From contig CAWJBB010000085.1 in NCBI GenBank assembly GCA_963840855.1, forward strand, positions 101,365-165,364: 64,000 nt of DNA, in the 5' to 3' direction. This document shows positions 29,888 to 38,952 of the stretch, piece by piece. The first letter of the stretch is position 1, and each line of letters begins with the position of its first letter. The notes beneath the pieces are model-generated. The model ran no database searches and was not told where the DNA came from. It saw nothing but the letters and a program-made list of their open reading frames with translations. This stretch comes from an uncultured delta proteobacterium (GTDB lineage: Bacteria > Desulfobacterota > Binatia > UBA9968). The position numbers and the translations under genes are program-made.

Positions 29888-29990
29888 TCGCGCAAAGTCG
29901 CAAAGCTCGCCAAGTTCTGCGGGATAGGAAAATGTCTTACTTTGCGTGCTTGGCGCCCCTTCGACCTCGCTCAGGACATGCTTGGCGCGA
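29888..29990. repeat. Short-period inverted repeat (CGCAAAG/CTTTGCG type) with nested CCCTTCGAC-type REP
   Basis: TCGCGCAAAGTCGCAAAGCTCGCCAAG ... CTTTGCGTGCTTGGCGC[CCCTTCGACCTCGCTCAGGACATG]CTTGGCGCGA. Confidence 0.7.
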
Positions 29991-30089
29991 TAAACTTTCT
30001 TAAAGACGTTATGTGAAACATTTAAGCGGTAAACGCCTAAAGAGGAGCGGTGGATGGAAGATCCCAACGCGCTCACCTCGTTAGCATAC

Positions 30090-31112
30090 CTATCGGCCTG
30101 CGAGTTTTTTCAAAAAGCCGCTTTCTTCAAGCTTCTTCACTAAACGGGAATCTATAAAATCTTCAGGTTTTGCCGTCGCCGCTTTGGGACTGGTGCCAGC
30201 CATGGTTTCCAGAATATTTCCTATTCCGCTCCGAGTCGGTTCGAGAGTCTGGCTATGCACCCCGCTATTGTCGCCGTAACTATTTTCCAGAATTTTCCGG
30301 TCCGTGACTTTAGTATATTTAGCCATCACCTTTAGAGCTTCTTCCTTATCCGTATTAAAAATGTGGATGCCTTCGGCCATAGCCTGTAAAAATCTCAGCG
30401 CCACCCCTTCGGAATCCCTCAAGAATGCCTTCCGGGCTGCGAAGACCAAGGATGGATACTCCACGCCTAAACCACTCCATATACGTCTGAAGCCCAGCGC
30501 TTCAGCCTTGTAGGTGGTCGGCGGCGAAAGCATCGCCCCCTGGACCCTGCCACCGTGGAGTGCGGCGAATGATTCGGGTATACCGCCCGCTTGGATTAAG
30601 GTAACATCCTTGATCGCTTCCAGGCCCGCTCTTTTGAGTCCAACTTTCAGTATGTAGGCACCGCTGGAGGTCAGGCGCGAAACGGCCACCGTGGCTCCTT
30701 TCAACTGCTCCACCTGCGTTATCGATGGGATCACGTACAAGCTCACAGGGGTCGTGGTGGTTCCAAAGCCCATTATGGTCAGATCGGCCCCGCCTAGAAT
30801 GCCACTGACGATCGGCTCTCCGCTGGCAGCGGCTATGTCAATCTCGCCGGCGATTAAAGCGCTGACCACCACCGGCCCTGTGGAGATGAGCTTCATATCC
30901 ACATCCAAGCCGTATTTCTGAAAGATGCTCTTCTCAAGCGGGATCCACACGGGCGTAAGGATTGCTCCCACCGTCGTGTAAGCTACGGTAAGTTTAGCGG
31001 ACGGGACACCCGCCGTTGCTGCCTCCGCAGCAAGACTCAAATCCAAAGCAGCGATCGCGAGCGCTAAACAAAACCCGCCCAATTCTTTTACGCGCATCCG
31101 ACAAACTCTCAT
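30090..31112 (-). CDS. NitT/TauT-type ABC substrate-binding protein
   Basis: FQKYGLDVD, ALIAGEIDI, QLKGATVAVSR, PEDFIDSRLVKKLEESGF. Confidence 0.9.
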   Translation of the reverse strand: MRVCRMRVKELGGFCLALAIAALDLSLAAEAATAGVPSAKLTVAYTTVGAILTPVWIPLEKSIFQKYGLDVDMKLISTGPVVVSALIAGEIDIAAASGEPIVSGILGGADLTIMGFGTTTTPVSLYVIPSITQVEQLKGATVAVSRLTSSGAYILKVGLKRAGLEAIKDVTLIQAGGIPESFAALHGGRVQGAMLSPPTTYKAEALGFRRIWSGLGVEYPSLVFAARKAFLRDSEGVALRFLQAMAEGIHIFNTDKEEALKVMAKYTKVTDRKILENSYGDNSGVHSQTLEPTRSGIGNILETMAGTSPKAATAKPEDFIDSRLVKKLEESGFLKKLAGR

Positions 31113-31317
31113 AAGCTCCCTCCAAATTTGAAGTTGCTTTCTGAGCTACGACTGCCGTTGTCCAAGGTCAGTTTTGCCGAAACGCAATACGCATAACACA
31201 TCGAGCGGCGATCGAATAGACGAAGGATGGAATTGGCAGCCCGTCTAGTCTCGCCGTTTAGTCTTGCCCAATACCGACCCCAGTGCTAAGGAAAAGCCGT
31301 CAGAGGAGGGAGCATTC

Positions 31318-32472
31318 ATGGCCGCAATGGACATTGCTGAGATAGCGCCGGACGTTCCAGCAGGGCTTGAGAGCGGGCTCAGGAACTACTGGTATCCCAT
31401 CTTGCTCTCGGAGGACCTAACGCAAGGAAGCCCGGTGGCAATCAAATGTCTCGGCGAGAGTCTGGTTGTCTGGCGTGACGCGGAGGGCCACCCCGGCGTG
31501 CTTTTTGATCGATGTCCGCACCGGGCTGCGAAGCTCTCCGCGGGCCGCGTCCTGGAAGGGCAAATTCAGTGCGCGTTTCATGGATTACGCTTTGACAAGA
31601 ACGGGCAATGCACGCTCATCCCCTGGGAGCCCGAGGAGAGCCCGACCCGAAAGGAGGTTTGCGCTCAGGCCTACCCCGCCAAAGAGCTGGCAGGTTATAT
31701 CTGGGCCTATCTCGGCGATGCGACGCATTTTCCGCCGCCGCCCCTCGAACAGGAGGTGCCAGAAGAGATCTTGCGCGAACAAGAGTATCGCTGTTTCAGG
31801 ATGCCGACGGAGATTTGGGACGCCAACTGGCTGCTAACGGTAGATGGTGGAGACGGCTTTCATGCAGTGATCCTGCATTCCGACACCCAGGCGGTGGCGG
31901 ACAAAACCTGGCAAGGCGGAAAAGTTCAACGCCCTTCCGCGGATCTGGCGGAGCGCCGAGTCAAGATCGTCGAGACAACCTACGGCGTCCGCGGTATCGC
32001 CGTCGATCAGCAGGGCAAGCCGATCCATCACGGCCACTTATTGGCTGTGAAGGGCGACCGGTTCATTCTGCCGTGCATCACCACCAACGTCATCAGCCCG
32101 GTACCGGGCGCCGAACCGTACGTCGCTCGTCTGTGGCAATTTCCCCTCGACGCGCATCGAACCATCGTGCAGCGCTTCGTGGTCCAGCGCGCCACCGGAG
32201 CCGAGGCCCAAGAGCGCTGGGAAAAACTCTTTTATGATGTCGTCAGGCCGCGGCTGGAGGGAATCTCCCGCGAGGATGCGATGATCGCCTGCGCGCAGGG
32301 AGACCTCGTGACGGCGCGCAACCACGAGCACCTGTTCGAGCCGGACAAGAGTATGTATGAAGTCCGCCAGCGCATCAAAAAAGCATTTCTGGAACAGCGA
32401 GAGGAAAAACGCATTGCTCCCAGCCAAGAGTGCCTGGTCTGGCCGGTAGAGTCCCCGTCGGCCGCCGCGTAG
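31318..32472 (+). CDS. Rieske non-heme iron oxygenase (alpha3 type, VanA/CarAa-like)
   Basis: LRNYWYP, DRCPHR...CAFHG, DGFHAVILH. Confidence 0.9.
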   Translation: MAAMDIAEIAPDVPAGLESGLRNYWYPILLSEDLTQGSPVAIKCLGESLVVWRDAEGHPGVLFDRCPHRAAKLSAGRVLEGQIQCAFHGLRFDKNGQCTLIPWEPEESPTRKEVCAQAYPAKELAGYIWAYLGDATHFPPPPLEQEVPEEILREQEYRCFRMPTEIWDANWLLTVDGGDGFHAVILHSDTQAVADKTWQGGKVQRPSADLAERRVKIVETTYGVRGIAVDQQGKPIHHGHLLAVKGDRFILPCITTNVISPVPGAEPYVARLWQFPLDAHRTIVQRFVVQRATGAEAQERWEKLFYDVVRPRLEGISREDAMIACAQGDLVTARNHEHLFEPDKSMYEVRQRIKKAFLEQREEKRIAPSQECLVWPVESPSAAA

Positions 32473-32548
32473 AAAAGAGTTTTCTACCGAGGCTATGGAA
32501 CCGTAAGGCTTTCTAATGCTTCGATCAGTTCAAGATTAGTGGAGCGAT

Positions 32549-33532
32549 ATGAAACGAAACCCGAAAGGACCCGCAAAGCTCGCGCTCCTCACTGTTTTGC
32601 TCGGCACCATTTCTGGGTCTCAGACCAGCCTTGCCCAGGAACAGCTTGAGATCCATAACCCGTCCTTCGATATCAGCGTCATCACGCTGTTCGTCGCGCA
32701 GGAGAAGGGTTATTTTCGTGAGGAGGGACTGGACCCGTTGTTTATTCTTGCGACTCCCGGCGTTGGCATTAACGGCCTTATCGCCGGCAGCTTCGACTTC
32801 AGCGCCGCAGGCGGCTCGGCGTCGACGGCCATCGCCCGCAACGTCCCTCTGAAGGTCCTGCTCATCCATACCTTCAAGCCGGGCTTCTGGATCTTCGCCC
32901 GGGAGAATCTCAACCCGTCGCAGCTAAAGGGCAAGAAGATTGCCGTTTCGACCTTTGGGTCGCTGGTCCACACACTCGCCAGGCTTGGGCTCAAAAAGCT
33001 GGGCGTGGAGGCCGACAAAGAGGTCGCCATGATCGCCGCCGGCACCGACGATGTTCGTTTCTTGGCCTTAAAGAGCGGCGCCGTGGATGCGGCTGTCTTC
33101 AACACTCCCACAAGCATAAGAGCCCGTAGGGAGGGATTGAAAGAGATAGTCTTTCTCGGCAATGAGGTCTATGGCCTGAGCGGCGGCGTAGTCACCCATG
33201 CCAAGATGATCGAGACGCGGCCGGAAACAGTGCTAAAGTTCGTGACCGGCGCAGTGAAGGGGCTTAAATATTTCATAGCCAACCGTGAAGGCGTCATGCC
33301 GATATTGGTGAAATACATGAGGATGGATACAGAAAGGGTCAAGGAAGTCTATGACACGACGATTCAAACCTTCACTGCCGACGGCACGCGCGGGGAAGGT
33401 TTCATGCGCAGCGAAGCGCAGATTCAAGCCGCCGCTCTGGGCCTCAAGGAACTGCCGCCGCCGGAGCGTCCCTTTGACCTGAGCTTTGCCCGCAAAGCCA
33501 ACGAAAGACTCAAGAACTGGAAGCCGCAATAG
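32549..33532 (+). CDS. NitT/TauT-type ABC substrate-binding protein
   Basis: VAQEKGYFREEGLD, LKGKKIAVS, ALKSGAVDA. Confidence 0.9.
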   Translation: MKRNPKGPAKLALLTVLLGTISGSQTSLAQEQLEIHNPSFDISVITLFVAQEKGYFREEGLDPLFILATPGVGINGLIAGSFDFSAAGGSASTAIARNVPLKVLLIHTFKPGFWIFARENLNPSQLKGKKIAVSTFGSLVHTLARLGLKKLGVEADKEVAMIAAGTDDVRFLALKSGAVDAAVFNTPTSIRARREGLKEIVFLGNEVYGLSGGVVTHAKMIETRPETVLKFVTGAVKGLKYFIANREGVMPILVKYMRMDTERVKEVYDTTIQTFTADGTRGEGFMRSEAQIQAAALGLKELPPPERPFDLSFARKANERLKNWKPQ

Positions 33533-33542
33533 CTGCGAGGAT

Positions 33543-33590
33543 GTTCAAGGTTCAAAGTTCAACGTCGTCTCCCCACCTTGAACATTGAAC
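33543..33590. repeat. GTTCAA short-period inverted repeat (also 58190-58256, 62400-62453)
   Basis: GTTCAAGGTTCAAAGTTCAA...CCTTGAACATTGAAC. Confidence 0.65.
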
Positions 33591-33591
33591 G

Positions 33592-34216
33592 ATGACTAAC
33601 AAATCAACCAACATCAAGTTCCCTGACGATCGTTCAAAATCAAGCGCATTGCGTCTTGAGCCTGATGATGAATCGTACGATTTTGAAGAGTGGGAGATAG
33701 ACGCTCAATTGCGGGAGAAGGAAGATTATCCCGGCTTGGTAGAATACTGCAAACAAAGAGCCGAGCGATTGCCTGACGATCCATATGCCCAGTACTATGG
33801 GAGAGGCCTATGTTTTGAATGGGGAATATGAAAAGGCGATTGAGTTTCTCTCAGAACACCACCGGAGACACCCCGACAACCTCGACTTCCAGTATGTGAT
33901 TCTGGACGCCCTGTATGCTTTGGGCCAGACTGAGGATAATTTCGACTGGGCGCACAAACCGGTCATTCTGAGAATGTCCGCTGCGATTGTGGACGCCTGC
34001 TATGAATTCCTGAAATCGAAACGAAAGCCCCGCTCTGTCAGTGAACTCTACACCCGCTTTATTATGGAAGCCTATTTGCTCTTTAAAGAAGAAGACCTAT
34101 TGAAAGCATTGTCGGAGGACGGCAGGTTTGTCGTGGAGGCCCCCGATGCAGAGCGCTTCGCGAAGATTCGGCTGGCCGGCAAGCTGCGCACACGAGGAAG
34201 ATCAGTTCAATTGTGA
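33592..34216 (+). pseudogene. TPR-containing hypothetical protein split by a frameshift near 33795
   Basis: ...PDDPYAQYY / GEAYVLNGEYEKAIEFL is a TPR unit broken across two ORFs. Confidence 0.7.
34200..34211 (+). repeat. Module-boundary site remnant (right arm)
   Basis: GATCAGTTCAAT, identical to the copy 7 arm and in the same position relative to the attI-like platform. Confidence 0.55.
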
Positions 34217-34343
34217 TGTTCGTCCACTGGAAGGGACTACCGTGAAATGTTTCGCGTTGACATTAGGTAAGCGCTTCCGTGCTACACCGCGGGCTGATAT
34301 CTGGATACACTGCCGCACAGGCGGCGTTTGTCGGCAAGAGAGA

Positions 34344-34373
34344 TTGACAAGGCGTAACTTAATGATGGATATT
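34344..34373 (+). promoter_or_regulatory. sigma70-type promoter (Pc-like) for the cassette array
   Basis: TTGACA-N18-GATATT within a block homologous to 225-330. Confidence 0.6.
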
Positions 34374-34419
34374 GCAGCACATTTTGGTTTCTCAAATTGG
34401 AGAGCTCTCTAATACACTG

Positions 34420-34453
34420 CGAGATGAGCCGGCAGTATACTTACTAGTTAGCG
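34420..34453 (+). other. attI-like site heading the cassette array
   Basis: GAGATGAGCCG...TATACTTACTAGTTAGCG; GTTAGCGGG is the exact complement of CCCGCTAAC at the first attC. Confidence 0.7.
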
Positions 34454-34464
34454 GGCAGTAGAAC

Positions 34465-35175
34465 ATGGACACAAACCTCTATGTTGAAGACGTAATAGTT
34501 CCATTAATCTCAATTCCAAAGGATCGAGAGAATCTATTTATTTTCCGAGGATCAGGGTTCTATATAGACAGTACCGGGTTCTTGATCACCTGTAGACATG
34601 TTGTTGATCAAGTAACTGATACTGAATACCTAGCAGCGTACCAGACCGGAAAAAAACGGACCATGCCATTGAAAATCGTGGATAGGTCGGCCAGATACGA
34701 CCTTGCAGTATGCAAGAGTGACGATCCTGGCATTTCGGATCCATGGCCATTTGTTCTCCAGCCTTTTGTAAGACTTGGCGATGATGTCGAAATATATGCC
34801 TACTGCAATGAGCCCGTGGGCTGTGATCAATTGCCATTTCGGCCGAGATACATGAAAGGACATATCACCGGCTTGTCACGCGACGCCAATTGCCCTGATT
34901 CTTATGAATTGAGCTTCCCCGTTCTCAGCGGAATGAGTGGTGCTCCTCTTATACGTCACTTCCCAGTCGAAGGACAAAGCAAGATGAAGACCGGTATTGT
35001 AGGCTTTGCATATGGCTCTCGCGAGTCGGAAATTGTAAAGCACACAAAGAACGTATCTCAGGATTTCGAAGAAAGAGTCTCACGAATACAGGAATTGGGT
35101 CTTGCATACAAAGCAGAGGTCTTTGCACACATTCTCGATGGCACCGGCGTTACGGTAGAATACTTTTCAGAATGA
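34465..35175 (+). CDS. Trypsin-like serine protease (cassette 1)
   Basis: GSGFYI, ITCRHVV, YDLAV, SGMSGAPL catalytic triad motifs. Confidence 0.85.
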   Translation: MDTNLYVEDVIVPLISIPKDRENLFIFRGSGFYIDSTGFLITCRHVVDQVTDTEYLAAYQTGKKRTMPLKIVDRSARYDLAVCKSDDPGISDPWPFVLQPFVRLGDDVEIYAYCNEPVGCDQLPFRPRYMKGHITGLSRDANCPDSYELSFPVLSGMSGAPLIRHFPVEGQSKMKTGIVGFAYGSRESEIVKHTKNVSQDFEERVSRIQELGLAYKAEVFAHILDGTGVTVEYFSE

Positions 35176-35181
35176 ATGACC

Positions 35182-35267
35182 CGCTAACCCGCCGCTTGAG
35201 CCGACGCCGAGATTTGATGATGGATGGTTCTATTTTTTGATAGCGGCTCAGCAGCATCTCGTTAGGT
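35182..35267 (+). other. attC site (86 bp)
   Basis: CGCTAAC...TGAGCCG / CGGCTCA...GTTAGGT. Confidence 0.9.
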
Positions 35268-35280
35268 GGACAGGAGGACC

Positions 35281-35742
35281 ATGGACCTGCAGACGCTGCT
35301 TGGTTCGCTGGTGAGCTCGGCCGTAGTTGCCGCGACCATCAGTGCGTTCGTCTCGCTGCGTACGACGGCTCGCAACATCAACGTCGAGCACGTCACGCGG
35401 GAACGTGCTAAATGGCGAGACAAAGTTCGGGACAAGGCCTTACAAGTGCACCAAGCAATCGCCTTGGATAATGCCAGCCGGCTGGCCGAGTTGCACATGG
35501 AATTTTCGCTGATCGTGAATCCCTTCGATGCTGAGGACCGACAGATTCTGTCACTTATCCAGCCAGTTGCAGACGCTACGACGAAGCAGTCTGCCCTGGC
35601 GCAGTTCGAGGATCGGGTTGCCCTTCTGTTGAAGCACGATTGGGACCGAGCCAAGCTCGAGGCGGCGCCTGCACATCGTCGAATCTGCATGCGGGCGCAA
35701 CGGGTCACGTATGCGGAATTGCTGCGACAGCGCGCCACCTAA
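35281..35742 (+). CDS. Hypothetical protein with N-terminal TM helix (cassette 2)
   Basis: AGGAGG RBS; ERAKWRDKVR, LLLKHDWDRAK. Confidence 0.8.
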   Translation: MDLQTLLGSLVSSAVVAATISAFVSLRTTARNINVEHVTRERAKWRDKVRDKALQVHQAIALDNASRLAELHMEFSLIVNPFDAEDRQILSLIQPVADATTKQSALAQFEDRVALLLKHDWDRAKLEAAPAHRRICMRAQRVTYAELLRQRAT

Positions 35743-35745
35743 GCC

Positions 35746-36168
35746 ATGATCACGGATCGGACGGCCCTCGCTGAAATAAGAGAATCGTGGAAGGGCGTCG
35801 AGGCGCTGCGCGGGCGCCTGCAAACGGCGCTCCTGGGAGCGTTCGCCCAGGGTGGGTGGTCCGCAATCTTCGCCGCCGACGCGGCTCACAACCTCCCGTT
35901 CGTGCATGCATACGCTGTGCTCAACGATGTCCTCGAGGAGCTAGCGGGCCAGGGCCGGTTCACGTGTAAGAGCATCTTCCTCCGGAAACTACTGGAAGCG
36001 AGCGAGAAAACGCTCCCTTGGAGGAACTTCGCCCTCATCGAGGAAGGGGCCGAGCGCAGAAACGGAGTAGCGCATCGGGGCGAGATCCTTCCAAGGGGCG
36101 ATTGCTGGAAATACGTCGATGCCATCAAGCAGCAGCTGGTCGCGTGGGACATCCTCAAAGCCAGCTAA
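35746..36168 (+). CDS. Hypothetical protein with HEPN-like RxxxxH motif (cassette 3)
   Basis: Helical 140-aa ORF with ERRNGVAHRG; stop lies in the attC R'' box. Confidence 0.75.
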   Translation: MITDRTALAEIRESWKGVEALRGRLQTALLGAFAQGGWSAIFAADAAHNLPFVHAYAVLNDVLEELAGQGRFTCKSIFLRKLLEASEKTLPWRNFALIEEGAERRNGVAHRGEILPRGDCWKYVDAIKQQLVAWDILKAS

Positions 36169-36232
36169 CCACGCGCTCCAGCGGTCCGGGGTTCGCGATG
36201 CTCACCCCGGCCGCTGACCGCAAGCGTTATGC
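36163..36232 (+). other. attC site (70 bp)
   Basis: AGCTAAC...CAGCGGTCCGGGG / CCCCGGCCGCTG...GTTATGC. Confidence 0.92.
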
Positions 36233-36426
36233 GGCATTGGACGCACATGGCAGTCGTCCCGTGATGGCCCGCTATCGGCCAGGAGCGAACAGCAGTCGAC
36301 GTCCGGAAGCTGTCCTGCCGAAGGCATCCTCCGGGACCCGCGTCTTCAGCTCCGACCGACCCGGAGTTTGATAAGTAGTTGATTGCGATTTCCGGCAAGC
36401 GCGAATTCCTCCAACGTGTTGTGTCG

Positions 36427-37569
36427 ATGCCTAAGCAGATCATCGTCCTGATGGAAGGTAGCGGGAACGCATTCGATACCGCACCGTCGAATGTGACCCG
36501 CATGCTGGAACTAAGCGCGCTGGGCGCAACGCCCAAAGCGCCCTACCTGGAACAGGTGGCGATTTGGGACTATGGCGTCGGTACCCGGTTGCGCGATGTG
36601 AAGGACGCAGACGCGATCGCGGACAGGATTCGCGCGTACGCCGGTTGCACTGCATCGCAGCTGGCCGTCTTACCTCCCCCACGCCGCCCTCGATGGTTGC
36701 CGGGCCGATTGGCCAAGTGGGCAGGTCTGGCAGTCGGATGTGGATTGGAGAGCAACGTGGTCGAGGCCGTCGAGGCGCTGGGGTCACAGTATCAACCAGG
36801 CGACCGCCTGTACTTGTTTGGGTTTAGCCGAGGCGCTTTTACTGTGCGCGTGTTGGCGGCACTGTTGTACCGCTTCGGCCTACCGCAAGGCGATGCGCGA
36901 AGGTGGGTACACGAGCGGCTGCAGGAGATGCAGATCAACCCGGTAATTGACCACCGAGGTGTGAAGCCGGTACATACACACTTCTTGGGGCTGTGGGACA
37001 CCGTTAAGTCCTATGGCTTCATCGTTCCGGTGCGCTACTTCCATCTTCGGCATAACCCGGGAGTGTTGCACGTCAGACATGCACTAGCGCTCGACGAGAA
37101 GCGATCCTGGTTTCAATGCACGACGTGGGGCGGCCTCGATCGGGACAGCGAACAACGCGACGGGAAAAGAACGGATCAGCCTCGCCGCTACAAGCCGGAT
37201 CCCAACCCACACCAAACAGTCAAAGAGGTGTGGTTTCGCGGCTGCCATTCCGATGTCGGTGGTGGCGACCTGGAGCGCAGCAATGCGGAGGTTGCGTTAC
37301 GCTGGATGCTCCGAGAGGCGCATGCTGCGGGACTGGCGCTAAATGACAAGGGAGCGAACTTCCTGGACCAGCCGGACCCTAAGTACCCAATTCTGCCGAC
37401 CGAATCCTGGACCTTTCTTTGGCAATTGACCGACTTCGTGCCCCGCTTGGAGATCAACAACGATTACTCGCCCGCATTGCTCCGATTCGCCTGTCGCCAC
37501 ACGGGTGCGCGAAGACCGGCAGACTTGCTCCGTGGTGGCGATTGGACGTTTCATCCGTCTGCGCGATGA
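36427..37569 (+). CDS. DUF2235 / Tle1-like alpha/beta hydrolase (cassette 4)
   Basis: SNVTR, GVGT, LFGFSRGAFTVR, GLWDTV, HALALDEKR, VWFRGCHSDVGGG. Confidence 0.9.
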   Translation: MPKQIIVLMEGSGNAFDTAPSNVTRMLELSALGATPKAPYLEQVAIWDYGVGTRLRDVKDADAIADRIRAYAGCTASQLAVLPPPRRPRWLPGRLAKWAGLAVGCGLESNVVEAVEALGSQYQPGDRLYLFGFSRGAFTVRVLAALLYRFGLPQGDARRWVHERLQEMQINPVIDHRGVKPVHTHFLGLWDTVKSYGFIVPVRYFHLRHNPGVLHVRHALALDEKRSWFQCTTWGGLDRDSEQRDGKRTDQPRRYKPDPNPHQTVKEVWFRGCHSDVGGGDLERSNAEVALRWMLREAHAAGLALNDKGANFLDQPDPKYPILPTESWTFLWQLTDFVPRLEINNDYSPALLRFACRHTGARRPADLLRGGDWTFHPSAR

Positions 37570-37693
37570 GTCCGAAGTCCCCAACCGCTGGCAGTTCCCG
37601 GTCATGCTGCCGAGCACGTCTGCAATTGCCGGTTTCGTTGCTGAGCGGCGGGCCGCTTCGGGTCGAAAGAGGTCAAGCAGACGCAAAAATGCC

Positions 37694-37713
37694 GCATAAC
37701 ATCCGCGTTAGAC
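37694..37713 (+). other. Internally deleted attC (R'' and R' boxes only, 20 bp)
   Basis: GCATAAC-ATCCGC-GTTAGAC; both boxes match the neighbouring cassette ends. Confidence 0.8.
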
Positions 37714-37808
37714 GGCAGAAAGCTACAACCACCCACGCTTGTTGAATGACACAAGGGTTGGTACAACCAGACGACTCGCCGTCGCATACGGGCCAACCGG
37801 TGGGCGGC

Positions 37809-38216
37809 ATGACGAATAGCAAGATGACACCGGCCGACAGCCTTCTGAAGAGGTACGAAAAGGAAATCGATCCCTACAAGTTCTATCTGGATATTTCGGT
37901 CAAGGCTTCATTGTTCGCGTTTGGCATCACCGGGGCGCTAGTATCGTACTTTTTCGCAAACCATGAAAAAGATAAATTCCTCGTCTGGTCGCTGACGCTT
38001 CCCATAATCTTGAACGCAGGTTTCTTTGTCCTGTTTTTCGCGAGCATTGGTGCATCGACAAAGATGATGTACGATCATATGAAGACGTGTCAGCAACTAA
38101 ATGGCCTTGAGCCCTTTGACACGAATCCGTTACCGTCTCTATGCAAGATCCTTTCTTGCATGTGCGCTCTCGTAACTCTCGGACTAGTTATTGTTCTACT
38201 GATCTATGCCGTCTAA
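37809..38216 (+). CDS. Small membrane protein, 3 TM (cassette 5)
   Basis: Three hydrophobic segments; stop TAA within the attC R'' box; start uncertain. Confidence 0.75.
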   Translation: MTNSKMTPADSLLKRYEKEIDPYKFYLDISVKASLFAFGITGALVSYFFANHEKDKFLVWSLTLPIILNAGFFVLFFASIGASTKMMYDHMKTCQQLNGLEPFDTNPLPSLCKILSCMCALVTLGLVIVLLIYAV

Positions 38217-38299
38217 CAATTGCGTGAATCGGAGCGGCGAATCCGGCAAACTCTTAATCCATCCCGTACCGTCGCCGTCCGCTACGATGGACGTTGGGC
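38211..38299 (+). other. attC site (89 bp)
   Basis: GTCTAAC...CGGAGCGGCGA / TCGCCGTCCG...GTTGGGC. Confidence 0.85.
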
Positions 38300-38312
38300 A
38301 CCTAAAATTCGC

Positions 38313-38846
38313 ATGAACGCAGCCCCTCAATTTGATCTTCAACCTACGCTCATTGGGCAAACAATTTCGCTTCGTCCATTGAGAGCGGAAGATTTTGAGC
38401 TGGTGTATGCGGCGGCATCAGATCCGTTGGTTTGGGAGCAACATCCAGAGCCACTGAGGTATCAGAGGCAAGTGTTTGAAAGGGATTTCTTCGCCGGTGC
38501 ATTGGCTTCTGGCGGTGCGCTTGTAGTAACCGACAACTCAACAGGCAAGGTCGTTGGCTCATCTCGTTACTACGACTGGAATCCGGCCGAGACGGAAGTA
38601 GCCATCGGCTTCACGTTCTTGGCCAGGAGTCATTGGGGCGGCGCAACGAATCGGGAAATGAAGCAGCTCATGCTCAATCACGCATTCCAGTGGGCTAAAG
38701 TCGTCTGGTTTCATGTGGGCAAGAAAAACTGGCGCTCGCGCAGGGCCATGGAAAAGATTGGCGGCACGCTTTCCCATGAGGAGCGCAAGGAACTGAACGG
38801 GGTCGTGCAGGACTACGTTTACTACAAAATTGAGTTGCCGCGATAG
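38313..38846 (+). CDS. GNAT N-acetyltransferase, RimJ/RimL-like (cassette 6)
   Basis: DLQPTL, ASDPLVWEQHP, IGFTFLARSHWGG, NWRSRRAMEKIG. Confidence 0.92.
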   Translation: MNAAPQFDLQPTLIGQTISLRPLRAEDFELVYAAASDPLVWEQHPEPLRYQRQVFERDFFAGALASGGALVVTDNSTGKVVGSSRYYDWNPAETEVAIGFTFLARSHWGGATNREMKQLMLNHAFQWAKVVWFHVGKKNWRSRRAMEKIGGTLSHEERKELNGVVQDYVYYKIELPR

Positions 38847-38885
38847 TTCTGCATCGCAGTTATGGGCATTCTTATCACCGTCGGT

Positions 38886-38949
38886 GCCCAACAATTCGCT
38901 GCAGGCACGACGGCCCTGACGGGCCGCGGCCTGAGCTTAAACGTAGGGC
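38886..38949 (+). other. attC site (64 bp) with GTT->GTA change in R'
   Basis: GCCCAAC...CAGGCACGACGGCCC / GGGCCGCGGCCTGA...GTAGGGC. Confidence 0.85.
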
Positions 38950-38952
38950 AGT

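Noticed and set aside
32521-32533. TCGATCAGTTCAA resembling a right arm
   Set aside because: Short match lacking ATCCT, lying between two apparently operonic genes; not counted as a copy.
94-34211. The 70-bp site read as a CRISPR repeat, attC or LexA box
   Set aside because: Spacing is kilobases and irregular, no cas genes are present, RYYYAAC/GTTRRRY boxes are absent, and GTTC-N1-GTTC is not the GTTC-N7-GTTC box.
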